Assembly: GCA_002391425.1 (NCBI GenBank)
Contig: DGEZ01000060.1
Coordinates: 1-41,560, forward strand
Direction of reading: 5' to 3'
Source of the DNA: Micrococcales bacterium UBA3913
GTDB taxonomy: Bacteria; Actinomycetota; Actinomycetes; Actinomycetales; Microbacteriaceae
Length of the DNA stretch: 41,560 nucleotides
In this document: one piece after another, positions 29,102 to 36,763 of the stretch
Position numbering within the stretch: the stretch's first letter is position 1
Layout: every line of letters starts with the position of its first letter
Translations under genes and position numbers: made by a program
The notes under the pieces: model-generated
Seen by the model: the letters and a program-made list of their open reading frames with translations, nothing else
Databases searched by the model: none
What the model was told of the DNA's origin: nothing

Positions 29102-29139
29102 GGCTCCAGTGACATCGTGCATCGTATGTCACTGGAGCC
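29102..29139 (-). terminator. perfect 14-bp stem / 10-nt loop hairpin after pfk
   Basis: GGCTCCAGTGACAT (29102-29115) and ATGTCACTGGAGCC (29126-29139) are exact reverse complements. The hairpin starts 19 nt downstream of the pfk stop. No U-tract. Confidence 0.5.
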
Positions 29140-29158
29140 ACGTGGCGAGATACGGGGA

Positions 29159-30193
29159 TCAGCCGAAGATGGCACGCATCTCCTGGTAGCGGTGCTCGGG
29201 CACGTTCTTCGGGTTGGCCAGAGCCTCCTCGAACCCGACACGGACGATGTCCGTCCCGCGCAGAGCAACCATATTTCCCCACTCCTCGTCCTTGACCAGG
29301 TCGACCACGGCCATGCCCAGGCGCGTCGCGAGCACCCGGTCGAATGCGGTGGGGACACCGCCACGCTGGATGTGACCGAGCACTGTCGCGCGGGTCTCGA
29401 TGCCGGTGCGCTCCTCGATGATGGGGGCGAGCACCTCAGCGATACCCCCCAGACGCGGGCGGTGGAAACCGTCCAGCCCCTTGACGGAGTAGGCCTCCTG
29501 CATATCGGGGAGCTTGAAGCCCTCTGCGACGACGACCATGGGTGCGCGACCGCGGTCGCGCACGTGCTCGACCCACGCACAGATCTGCTCGATGCTCTCG
29601 GGATGCTCCGGGATGAGGATCACATGAGCACCCCCGGCGGTTCCTGCATGCAGCGCGATCCACCCGGCATGCCGGCCCATGACCTCGAGGACCATGCACC
29701 GCTTGTGCGAGTTGCCTGTCGTGCGAAGCCGGTCGATCGCCTCTGTCGCAATTTCCACCGCGGTATCGAAGCCGAAGGTGTAGTCCGTCGCATTCAGATC
29801 GTTGTCGATCGTCTTGGGGACGCCCACGATCTTGATGCCCTCGTTGAACAGTCGCTGAGAGGCCGCTGCGGTGCCCTCACCGCCGATCGCGATGACCGCA
29901 TCCACGCCGAGTCTGTTCAACGTCTTCTGAATGTTGTCCGCGCCACCGTTCGGACCTTCGTAGGGCCCGAACCGGCTGGTGCCGAGAATCGTGCCGCCCT
30001 CCTTCGCCAGGCCCCGGATGTCCTTGCGGTCAAGCCGAACGGTCTCGCCCTGTACCAAGCCCCACCAGCCATCGCGGAAGCCGATGAATTCCTGGTCGTT
30101 GAGCTCCGTGCCTTTGAGCACGGCCCCTCGGATGACCGCGTTGAGTCCGGGACAGTCTCCCCCGGAGGTAAGAATGCCAATTCGCTGCTTCAT
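29159..30193 (-). CDS. pfkA: 6-phosphofructokinase (actinobacterial PfkA family)
   Basis: MKQRIGILTSGGDCPGLNAVIRG..., ...IGGEGT..., ...PKTIDNDL... The Gly in GGEGT suggests ATP rather than PPi dependence (inference). The ORF-track start at 30571 is rejected. Confidence 0.88.
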   Translation of the reverse strand: MKQRIGILTSGGDCPGLNAVIRGAVLKGTELNDQEFIGFRDGWWGLVQGETVRLDRKDIRGLAKEGGTILGTSRFGPYEGPNGGADNIQKTLNRLGVDAVIAIGGEGTAAASQRLFNEGIKIVGVPKTIDNDLNATDYTFGFDTAVEIATEAIDRLRTTGNSHKRCMVLEVMGRHAGWIALHAGTAGGAHVILIPEHPESIEQICAWVEHVRDRGRAPMVVVAEGFKLPDMQEAYSVKGLDGFHRPRLGGIAEVLAPIIEERTGIETRATVLGHIQRGGVPTAFDRVLATRLGMAVVDLVKDEEWGNMVALRGTDIVRVGFEEALANPKNVPEHRYQEMRAIFG

Positions 30194-30344
30194 GGAATCC
30201 AAGGCTAGTACACCGTGTTCGGGGCCAACGAGCCGACTGTGGGGTTCCACAAGCGATGCGATGTCGGCCGTCAGCCGACCGTCGCTTCTCGCCACTCGAG
30301 GCTTACTCGACGGCGGCTCGACCCCCAGTACAGTAAGGGGTGAT

Positions 30345-31211
30345 ATGTCCCCCGCTGATGCCTTGCTGTCCTGGTTCTGCGCGCACGCGCGCGACCTGCC
30401 GTGGCGTGGCGCCGGCGCATCCCCGTGGCCGGTGATGGTCAGCGAGTTCATGCTCCAGCAGACCCCCGTCGCCCGAGTGCTCCCGTATTTCACGCAATGG
30501 ATGCGGCAGTGGCCGACACCTGCAGATCTGGCGGCTGCCTCGCCTGCAGATGTCGTGCGCGCATGGGACACTCTCGGGTACCCCCGACGGGCGCTGTGGC
30601 TCCACGAGGCCGCCGCAACGATCGTGGACGCATACGGGGGCGAGGTCCCCGCTGATTACTCTGCGCTGCGTCGACTCAGCGGAGTCGGAGACTATACGGC
30701 CAGCGCGATTCTGGCCTTTGCCTTCGGGGTCCGCATACCCGTGATCGATACGAATGTTCGTCGCGTATGGTGGCGCTGGGAACTCGGTCAGGATGACGCC
30801 GCAGTGCAGCCCCGCGTCGAACACGCAGCACTGGAACGATGGTTGCCCGCCGACGGGCACCGCGCCGCGCAGGTCAGTCTTGCCATCATGGAGTTCGGAG
30901 CACTCATATGCACGGCCAGGACTCCCCTGTGCACCCAGTGCCCCATCGCCGAGACATGCCAGTGGCGGGAACGCGGATATCCGCGCCCCGCCACCAGAGT
31001 CCGCCCTATTTCCAAACGCTATGAAGGAAGTGACCGTCAGGCTCGCGGGCGCATTCTCGCGGTGTTACGACGCACCGCCGATGCCACCGAATTGACAGCA
31101 CAAACCGTCAATTGGCAAGATCCCGGGCAGTTTGAGCGCGCTGTTTCCTCGCTGGCGAACGACGGACTCATCACCCAGGTGCGTGAAAACGTGTGGAAAT
31201 TGCCCGACTAA
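30345..31211 (+). CDS. mutY: A/G-specific adenine DNA glycosylase
   Basis: ...LPWR......PW.V.VSE.MLQQT.V..V...., HhH region, and the Fe-S cluster loop C-x6-C-x2-C-x5-C (CTARTPLCTQCPIAETC). ATG at 30345 with AAGGGG upstream. Confidence 0.85.
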   Translation: MSPADALLSWFCAHARDLPWRGAGASPWPVMVSEFMLQQTPVARVLPYFTQWMRQWPTPADLAAASPADVVRAWDTLGYPRRALWLHEAAATIVDAYGGEVPADYSALRRLSGVGDYTASAILAFAFGVRIPVIDTNVRRVWWRWELGQDDAAVQPRVEHAALERWLPADGHRAAQVSLAIMEFGALICTARTPLCTQCPIAETCQWRERGYPRPATRVRPISKRYEGSDRQARGRILAVLRRTADATELTAQTVNWQDPGQFERAVSSLANDGLITQVRENVWKLPD

Positions 31212-31248
31212 AGAAGATCCTCATGCACGACAGTGCGTGCACCTATAC

Positions 31249-31581
31249 CTAATTTGCCTCTGCGAACGCTTTCCGAACCGATTCAGGAATCCTCCCCCGG
31301 GCAGATACCTCAATACCGTTTTCCCGCGCCCATTCACGAATTGCAGCGACGTCCTCACCACTGGTTTTGGCTTTTCGGGACGAGGTGCTGACACCCACGG
31401 GCGCCGTCTTACGTGCCTTCGCGATGAAAGGGGCAAGAGCATCCTTCAAAAGCTGCGTATTCGCATCACTGAGGTCGATCGAATAGTATTGCCCGGCCAC
31501 AGAAAAAACTACCGTTCCCCCATTGCCGCCCTCGATGACCGACCCATCAATATCATCAATAAGTGTCAGTTTCTGTGCCAT
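31249..31581 (-). CDS. lsr2: Lsr2-family nucleoid-associated protein
   Basis: MAQKLTLIDDIDGS....TV.F...G..Y.IDLS..N...L...L.PF....R... and the C-terminal ...IREWA...G..VS.RGRI.... AT-hook-like DNA-binding domain. The gene is visibly less GC-rich than its neighbours. Confidence 0.9.
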   Translation of the reverse strand: MAQKLTLIDDIDGSVIEGGNGGTVVFSVAGQYYSIDLSDANTQLLKDALAPFIAKARKTAPVGVSTSSRKAKTSGEDVAAIREWARENGIEVSARGRIPESVRKAFAEAN

Positions 31582-31872
31582 AAAACAACTCCAATGAATA
31601 CACCTTAAATACAGACACTAAATAATAACCCGCTCGTCCCTTCCCTGTATACCTCCGTGCGTCAGTGAAGGATTTTCCCACGTCTTTCCCAGATTGCACT
31701 ATCGGGTCCCGAAAATAATTCTTTCGCCCGGAAAGATATTCGCCGAACGCGCATCCTCGCGACGGTGGAATGCAGACACCCCGAGGCCGCCCTGACGCAC
31801 CCCGAACGGGTCTAGGAGCCATCCCGGGGGAGTCGGACAGGCCAGCACATCCGAAGCTCTCTGAACTTACTG

Positions 31873-31901
31873 TTCACTGCGTTCACTAATTCGTGCATAA
31901 T
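31873..31901 (+). promoter_or_regulatory. candidate alsS promoter
   Basis: TTCACT (31873-31878)-N17-CATAAT (31896-31901), followed by GAGGTGA and the ATG at 31928. Overlaps a tandem GTTCACT heptamer. Motif match only. Confidence 0.35.
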
Positions 31902-31927
31902 GGGAGTAACAGAACCCGAGGTGACAG

Positions 31928-33676
31928 ATGACCACTCCCCTGACCAGTCCCCGCACTCCCACGCCCGCGCTCGCTACGCAGCCGGCGGCGGACGAGGACG
32001 CCGTACCCCTGCAACGCCGTCATCGCGCGGCCGACCGTATCGTCGACATCCTCACTGCCTACGACGTGCAGTGGGTATTCGGGGTGCCCGGCGCGAAGAT
32101 CGATCCCGTGTACGACGCATTGGTCGACGCGGGACCAGAGCTCATCGTCTGCCGGCACGAGCAGAATGCCGCCTTCATGGCCGCGGCTGTCGGACGCCTC
32201 ACCGGTCGCCCCGGAGTGGCATTGGTCACCAGCGGACCCGGCACGACAAATCTCGCCACCGGCCTTCTCACGGCGACCACCGAGGGGGACCCCATGGTGG
32301 CCCTGTGCGGGGCGGTTCCTCGCCCGGATCGTCTCAAGCGCACCCACCAGTCCATGGATGCCGTCGGGATGCTCGCGTCCGTCACGAAGAGTGCGGGCGA
32401 GGTCAGCGCAGCAGACAACGTCCCGGAAGCCGTCGCGAATGCATTCCGCATGGCCACACAGGAACCCCGCGGCGCGACCGCCGTCGTACTCCCCGCCGAT
32501 GTGCTCGCCGATGAGACGCCCGTTCGGATGCTTCACCCGCACTGGCCACCCCGCCTCGGCGTGCCCCCCGTCGCCGAGGTCACGCGTGCCGCCCAGGTGT
32601 TGCGCCAGGCAAAGTTCCCGGTCATTCTCGCTGGCGCACGGGCGAGCTCAGATCGTACCGTCGAGGCATTACATCGCCTGCTGCGGAGCACGGGGCTGCC
32701 CGTTGTCGAGACCTTCCAGGCCGCAGGCGTCATCTCCCACGAACTCGAAGAGCATTACCTGGGCAGGGTCGGGCTCTTCCGAAACCAGCCCGGCGATGTT
32801 TTGCTCGATCGCGCCGATGTCATCCTCGCAATCGGATACGACTTCGTCGAATATGAACCCGCCAAGTGGAATCGAGACCGGGCTCGCACCATCATCCACC
32901 TGGATGAAGTTGCCGCAGACCTCGACGACTACTACCGCCCCCGAGTCGAACTGCGCGGGGACATCGCCGATACGCTCGACGCACTCGAACCGCTCCTGGA
33001 CCACCTGCACCTGACAGCAGAAGCACAGGAGATCGTCTCCGAACAGCGGGGGCGCTTGTCGGAGGCCGATGCGGGGGCGATCGACATGGATGAGAGCACC
33101 GGCATCCAGCCTGCAGCCCTCACCATCGCCCTACGTGAACTCACCCCCGATGATGCCACCGTGGTGTGCGATGTCGGATCCAACTACATTTACATGGCGC
33201 GCCACTTCCGCACCTATCATCCGCGCACGCTGCTGTTCTCCAACGGTCAGCAGACCCTCGGGGTGGCGCTGCCCTGGGCCATTGCTGCCGCACTGGTACG
33301 CCCCGACCATCCCGTCGTGTCCGTCTCGGGCGACGGAGGGTTCCTGTACTCAGCCATGGAACTCGAGACTGCCGTACGCTTGGGCGTCAACTTCGTCCAC
33401 GTGATCTTCGATGACAGCAGCTATGACATGGTGGCATTCCAACAGCTCGGCAAATATGGCCGCACCAGCGGAGTCGCGCTCGGCTCCTACGACGTCGTGT
33501 CCTACGCGCAGTCCTTTGGGGCACACGGCTACCAGGTGAACACTCTCGACGAATTCCGTGCGGCCTTCGCCCAGGCCCTCCACGAGTCAGGACCCAGCAT
33601 CATCGATGCGCGGGTCGACTACCGCAACAACCTCAATGACCTCATGGCCGACCTAGAAAGTGACGTGCTCCAATGA
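31928..33676 (+). CDS. alsS: catabolic acetolactate synthase
   Basis: ThDP enzyme (...[14 protein letters not shown]..., ...[10 protein letters not shown]..., ThDP motif [17 protein letters not shown]). Translationally coupled (ATGA) to an acetolactate decarboxylase gene, which identifies the catabolic type. Confidence 0.9.
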   Translation: MTTPLTSPRTPTPALATQPAADEDAVPLQRRHRAADRIVDILTAYDVQWVFGVPGAKIDPVYDALVDAGPELIVCRHEQNAAFMAAAVGRLTGRPGVALVTSGPGTTNLATGLLTATTEGDPMVALCGAVPRPDRLKRTHQSMDAVGMLASVTKSAGEVSAADNVPEAVANAFRMATQEPRGATAVVLPADVLADETPVRMLHPHWPPRLGVPPVAEVTRAAQVLRQAKFPVILAGARASSDRTVEALHRLLRSTGLPVVETFQAAGVISHELEEHYLGRVGLFRNQPGDVLLDRADVILAIGYDFVEYEPAKWNRDRARTIIHLDEVAADLDDYYRPRVELRGDIADTLDALEPLLDHLHLTAEAQEIVSEQRGRLSEADAGAIDMDESTGIQPAALTIALRELTPDDATVVCDVGSNYIYMARHFRTYHPRTLLFSNGQQTLGVALPWAIAAALVRPDHPVVSVSGDGGFLYSAMELETAVRLGVNFVHVIFDDSSYDMVAFQQLGKYGRTSGVALGSYDVVSYAQSFGAHGYQVNTLDEFRAAFAQALHESGPSIIDARVDYRNNLNDLMADLESDVLQ

Positions 33677-34416
33677 CACCGAAAACCCCTGTGACGCGAC
33701 ACGAAATATTCCAGACGAGTCTCATGAGTGCACTGCTGGACGGCGTGTATGAGGGGGAGACACAGGTGCGCGACCTCCTCGGCCACGGTTCCTTCGGGAT
33801 CGGGACTTTCGACGCCCTGGACGGAGAGATGCTCATCCTCGGCGGCGTGTGTTATCAACTGCGCGCCGATGGCGGTGCCACCGAGGCGCGGCTCGACGCA
33901 TACACGCCCTATGCGGTGGTGACGAACTTCGTGCCACACATTTCCAGTGAGCTGCCGCGCAACATATCGCGCGCGCAGGCCTCCGCATTCATCGACCACA
34001 TGACCGTCTCCGAAAACTACATGTACGCGCTTTGCATCGAGGGTCAATTCCGCAGTGTGACGACCCGGACAGTGGTCAAGCAGCAGAAGCCCTATCGGCC
34101 CATGGTCGAGGCCACCGACGATGATGCCGTCGTCGAGCACACGGATGTTCGCGGCGTCGTGGTCGGGTTCCGGACTCCCCTCTATGAGAAGGGCATCGGG
34201 GTTCCCGGCTGCCACGCCCACTTCATCACGGAGGATCGCCACGCTGGCGGACACGTCCTGGACTTCCAGCTCGAGCAGGGGTCGGCCAGCTTGTGCCTGG
34301 GCACCGACCTGCACCTCCAGCTGCCGTTGACCGATGCGTTCCAGGAGGCAAACCTCACCCCCGAGAACATCGATGCTCAGTTGAACAAGACAGAAGCACA
34401 CCACGCCGAGGCGTAA
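33673..34416 (+). CDS. budA: alpha-acetolactate decarboxylase
   Basis: ...[17 protein letters not shown]......[16 protein letters not shown]... and ...GFRTP.Y..GI.V.G.H.HFI..DR..GGHVLD... family signatures. Confidence 0.9.
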   Translation: MTPKTPVTRHEIFQTSLMSALLDGVYEGETQVRDLLGHGSFGIGTFDALDGEMLILGGVCYQLRADGGATEARLDAYTPYAVVTNFVPHISSELPRNISRAQASAFIDHMTVSENYMYALCIEGQFRSVTTRTVVKQQKPYRPMVEATDDDAVVEHTDVRGVVVGFRTPLYEKGIGVPGCHAHFITEDRHAGGHVLDFQLEQGSASLCLGTDLHLQLPLTDAFQEANLTPENIDAQLNKTEAHHAEA

Positions 34417-34427
34417 TACCGCCCCGA

Positions 34428-34505
34428 CCGCTACGAGCTAGCGGAGGGCACCCGTTCGAGGAAGGTGTGCTGGTGCTGTGGCTGCCCGCCACGAGCTAGC
34501 GGAGG
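34428..34505. repeat. 20-nt direct repeat (1 mismatch), 58-nt period
   Basis: CCGCTACGAGCTAGCGGAGG (34428-34447) and CCGCCACGAGCTAGCGGAGG (34486-34505). The second copy contains the acyP stop codon and last codons. Confidence 0.8.
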
Positions 34506-34798
34506 ATGCGGAATCCGCGATCGTCGGGGATGGGCGTCCCCGGCTCCACATCGAGTGCGGTGACCCGAGCCCAGCGGGGCCCGCGGCGCATCCACGCCAG
34601 CATCTTTGCAACGGCGGCCTGGGTACCCTGCACCTCGGCGAGGACGATGTCCGGAGAATCGGCATTGCGCACCCAGCCCGTGACGGAGCAACGCTCCGCC
34701 TGCTCGCGCGTCGCATAGCGAAACCCGACACCCTGTACCCGGCCGCGCACCCGCACGTGTACACGCACGACGTCCGATCCGCTGTCCCGTCTCGTCAT
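34496..34798 (-). CDS. acyP: acylphosphatase
   Basis: ...V.V.V.G.VQGVGFRY.....A....V.GWVRN..D..V.....G... ATG at 34798. The ORF-track start at 34816 is a TTG. Confidence 0.85.
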   Translation of the reverse strand: MTRRDSGSDVVRVHVRVRGRVQGVGFRYATREQAERCSVTGWVRNADSPDIVLAEVQGTQAAVAKMLAWMRRGPRWARVTALDVEPGTPIPDDRGFRILR

Positions 34799-34849
34799 GC
34801 TGCCGATCCTAGACAACGCGATCCGGCTGCATACGTCCGGACGGCGGTA

Positions 34850-36574
34850 TCAGAACAGCTGACGCCAGTTCGCCTTGGCCAGATCGATGAGCTCGTCTCC
34901 ACGGCCAGACATCACCGTGCGCAGTGCGTACAGGGTGAATCCCTTCATCTGCTCGAGGCTGATCGTCGGTGGCATGGACAATTCCTGACGCTCCGTAATC
35001 ACATCGAGAACAGCAGGCCCATCGTAGGCCAGGAACTCGGCGACAGCGCCCTTGAGATCCTTCGACCGCTCCACGCGGAACCCCTTGAGGCCAATAGCGT
35101 CGGCGACTTTCGCAAAGTTCGGATTCTTCAGCTCGGTTCCGTAATTGACGAACCCTGCAGCCTTCATCTCGAGCTCGACGAAGTTGAGCGACGAGTTGTT
35201 GAACACGACAGTCTTCACCGGTAGCTGATTCTGAGTGAGCGTGATCAGCTCCCCCAGCAGCATGGCGAGTCCGCCATCCCCGGCAAACGCGATCACCTGG
35301 CGGTCACGATGAGTGGCCTGAGCTCCGATGGCCTGTACGAGCGCATTCGCCATCGACCCGTGGTTGAACGATCCGAGCAGTCGACGCTCACGCGTCATCG
35401 TCAAGTAGCGACCAGCCCAGACGACAGGAGAGCCCACGTCAGCGGTGAAAATCGCGTCGCTATCGGCCAGCTCGTCGATGAGGCGCGCCAGGTACTGCGG
35501 GTGGATGGGCGCCTTGCCCCGCGAGGGGACGGCCAGCTCATCCAGCTTGGCGCGAGTCTTCTCGTAGTGCTTGACCGCTCCTTCGAGGTGCGAACGCCGC
35601 GTCTTGCGCGAGATCAGCGGCAGCAGTGCCTCTGCTGTGGCACGAGAGTCCCCGACAAGGCCGAGCTCCAGCGGATGACGCCGGCCCAGCTGAGAACCCC
35701 GAATATCAATCTGAATCGTGCGCGCATGCTTCGGGTAGAACTGCTGATAGGGGAAGTCCGTGCCGATCATCAGCAGCGCATCAGCATCCTCCATGGCGCG
35801 ATACCCGGAGGAAAACCCGAGCAGCCCGGTCAGCCCGACGTCGAAGGGGTTGTCATATTCGATGTGCTCTTTTCCGCGCAGAGCGTGCACGATCGGCGCC
35901 CCGAGCGCGTCGGCGAGGGCGACAACCTCATCATGGGCCCCCTCCACGCCAGCTCCCGCGAGGATGGTGACCTTTTCGGAGCTGTTCAGGATATCGGCGG
36001 CGGCCTTCAGCTCGTCAGCGGAGGGCACCACGACAGGATGGCTGCGCGGGATGCTCACCACGCGGCTATCCTTCGCCGGCGCCAGGGCGACGTCACCCGG
36101 AATCACGACGACGGCGACGCCACGCTTCTCAACGGCCTCGCGAATCGCGATCTCGAGGACCCGTGGCATCTGCTCCGGGGACGCCACATACTCGGCGTAG
36201 ACGCTGGCCTCCTTGAACAGGTCCTGCGGGTGCGTCTCCTGGAAGTATGTGCTGCCGATTTCTTGGGTCGGGATGTGCGCGGCAATCGCGAGAACGGGAA
36301 CCCGGGAACGGTTCGCATCGAACAGTCCGTTGATCAGGTGAAGGTTGCCCGGCCCGCACGACCCCGCTGCCACGGCAAGCTCTCCGGTGAGTGCTGCTTC
36401 GGCCCCGGCGGCGAACGCGGCAGCCTCCTCATGCCGAACGTGAACCCATTCGATCTTCCCGCTGATGCGCAGCGCATCGGTGAAGCCATTCAGAGAGTCT
36501 CCGGGGATGCCATAGACTCGCTTGACTCCATTAGCCTCGAGGACACTCACCATGTTGTCGGCAACATTTGCCAT
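34850..36574 (-). CDS. poxB: pyruvate dehydrogenase (quinone) / pyruvate oxidase, PoxB type
   Basis: N-terminus closely parallels E. coli PoxB (...GVKR.YG..GDSLNG..D.L.....IEW...RHEE.AAFAAGAEA.LTGELAV.AGSCGPGNLHLINGLFD...VPVLAIAAHIP..EIGS.YFQETHPQ.LF...). ThDP motif GDGGLAMLLGEL. Confidence 0.9.
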   Translation of the reverse strand: MANVADNMVSVLEANGVKRVYGIPGDSLNGFTDALRISGKIEWVHVRHEEAAAFAAGAEAALTGELAVAAGSCGPGNLHLINGLFDANRSRVPVLAIAAHIPTQEIGSTYFQETHPQDLFKEASVYAEYVASPEQMPRVLEIAIREAVEKRGVAVVVIPGDVALAPAKDSRVVSIPRSHPVVVPSADELKAAADILNSSEKVTILAGAGVEGAHDEVVALADALGAPIVHALRGKEHIEYDNPFDVGLTGLLGFSSGYRAMEDADALLMIGTDFPYQQFYPKHARTIQIDIRGSQLGRRHPLELGLVGDSRATAEALLPLISRKTRRSHLEGAVKHYEKTRAKLDELAVPSRGKAPIHPQYLARLIDELADSDAIFTADVGSPVVWAGRYLTMTRERRLLGSFNHGSMANALVQAIGAQATHRDRQVIAFAGDGGLAMLLGELITLTQNQLPVKTVVFNNSSLNFVELEMKAAGFVNYGTELKNPNFAKVADAIGLKGFRVERSKDLKGAVAEFLAYDGPAVLDVITERQELSMPPTISLEQMKGFTLYALRTVMSGRGDELIDLAKANWRQLF

Positions 36575-36710
36575 TTCGACTCTCTTCCTTCATGCGGCGG
36601 CGGACCACCATACGTCATAAGTCACGGAACCCCAGAATCCCGGAATACTATACGCCGCGTTCTGTTATTATGCGAACCGTTCACGCAGACTTAGAGACAC
36701 TCACAGATCA

Positions 36711-36749
36711 GGGTGTCTCGAGCCTATCTGAACGGGGCCCGAGACACCC
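36711..36749 (-). terminator. 10-bp stem hairpin after the surface-protein gene
   Basis: GGGTGTCTCG (36711-36720) and CGAGACACCC (36740-36749) are exact complements with a 19-nt loop. The hairpin starts 14 nt downstream of the stop at 36764. No U-tract. A third GAGACAC copy at 36694-36700 allows an alternative pairing. Confidence 0.4.
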
Positions 36750-36763
36750 CGATTTGTTGATGA

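Noticed and set aside
31556-31822. 88-aa minus-strand ORF in the AT-rich lsr2-alsS spacer.
   Set aside because: It overlaps the lsr2 start codon region, has no SD and no recognisable motif. Its composition changes abruptly across the AT-rich stretch, so it is likely a chance ORF. The region is better treated as regulatory DNA.
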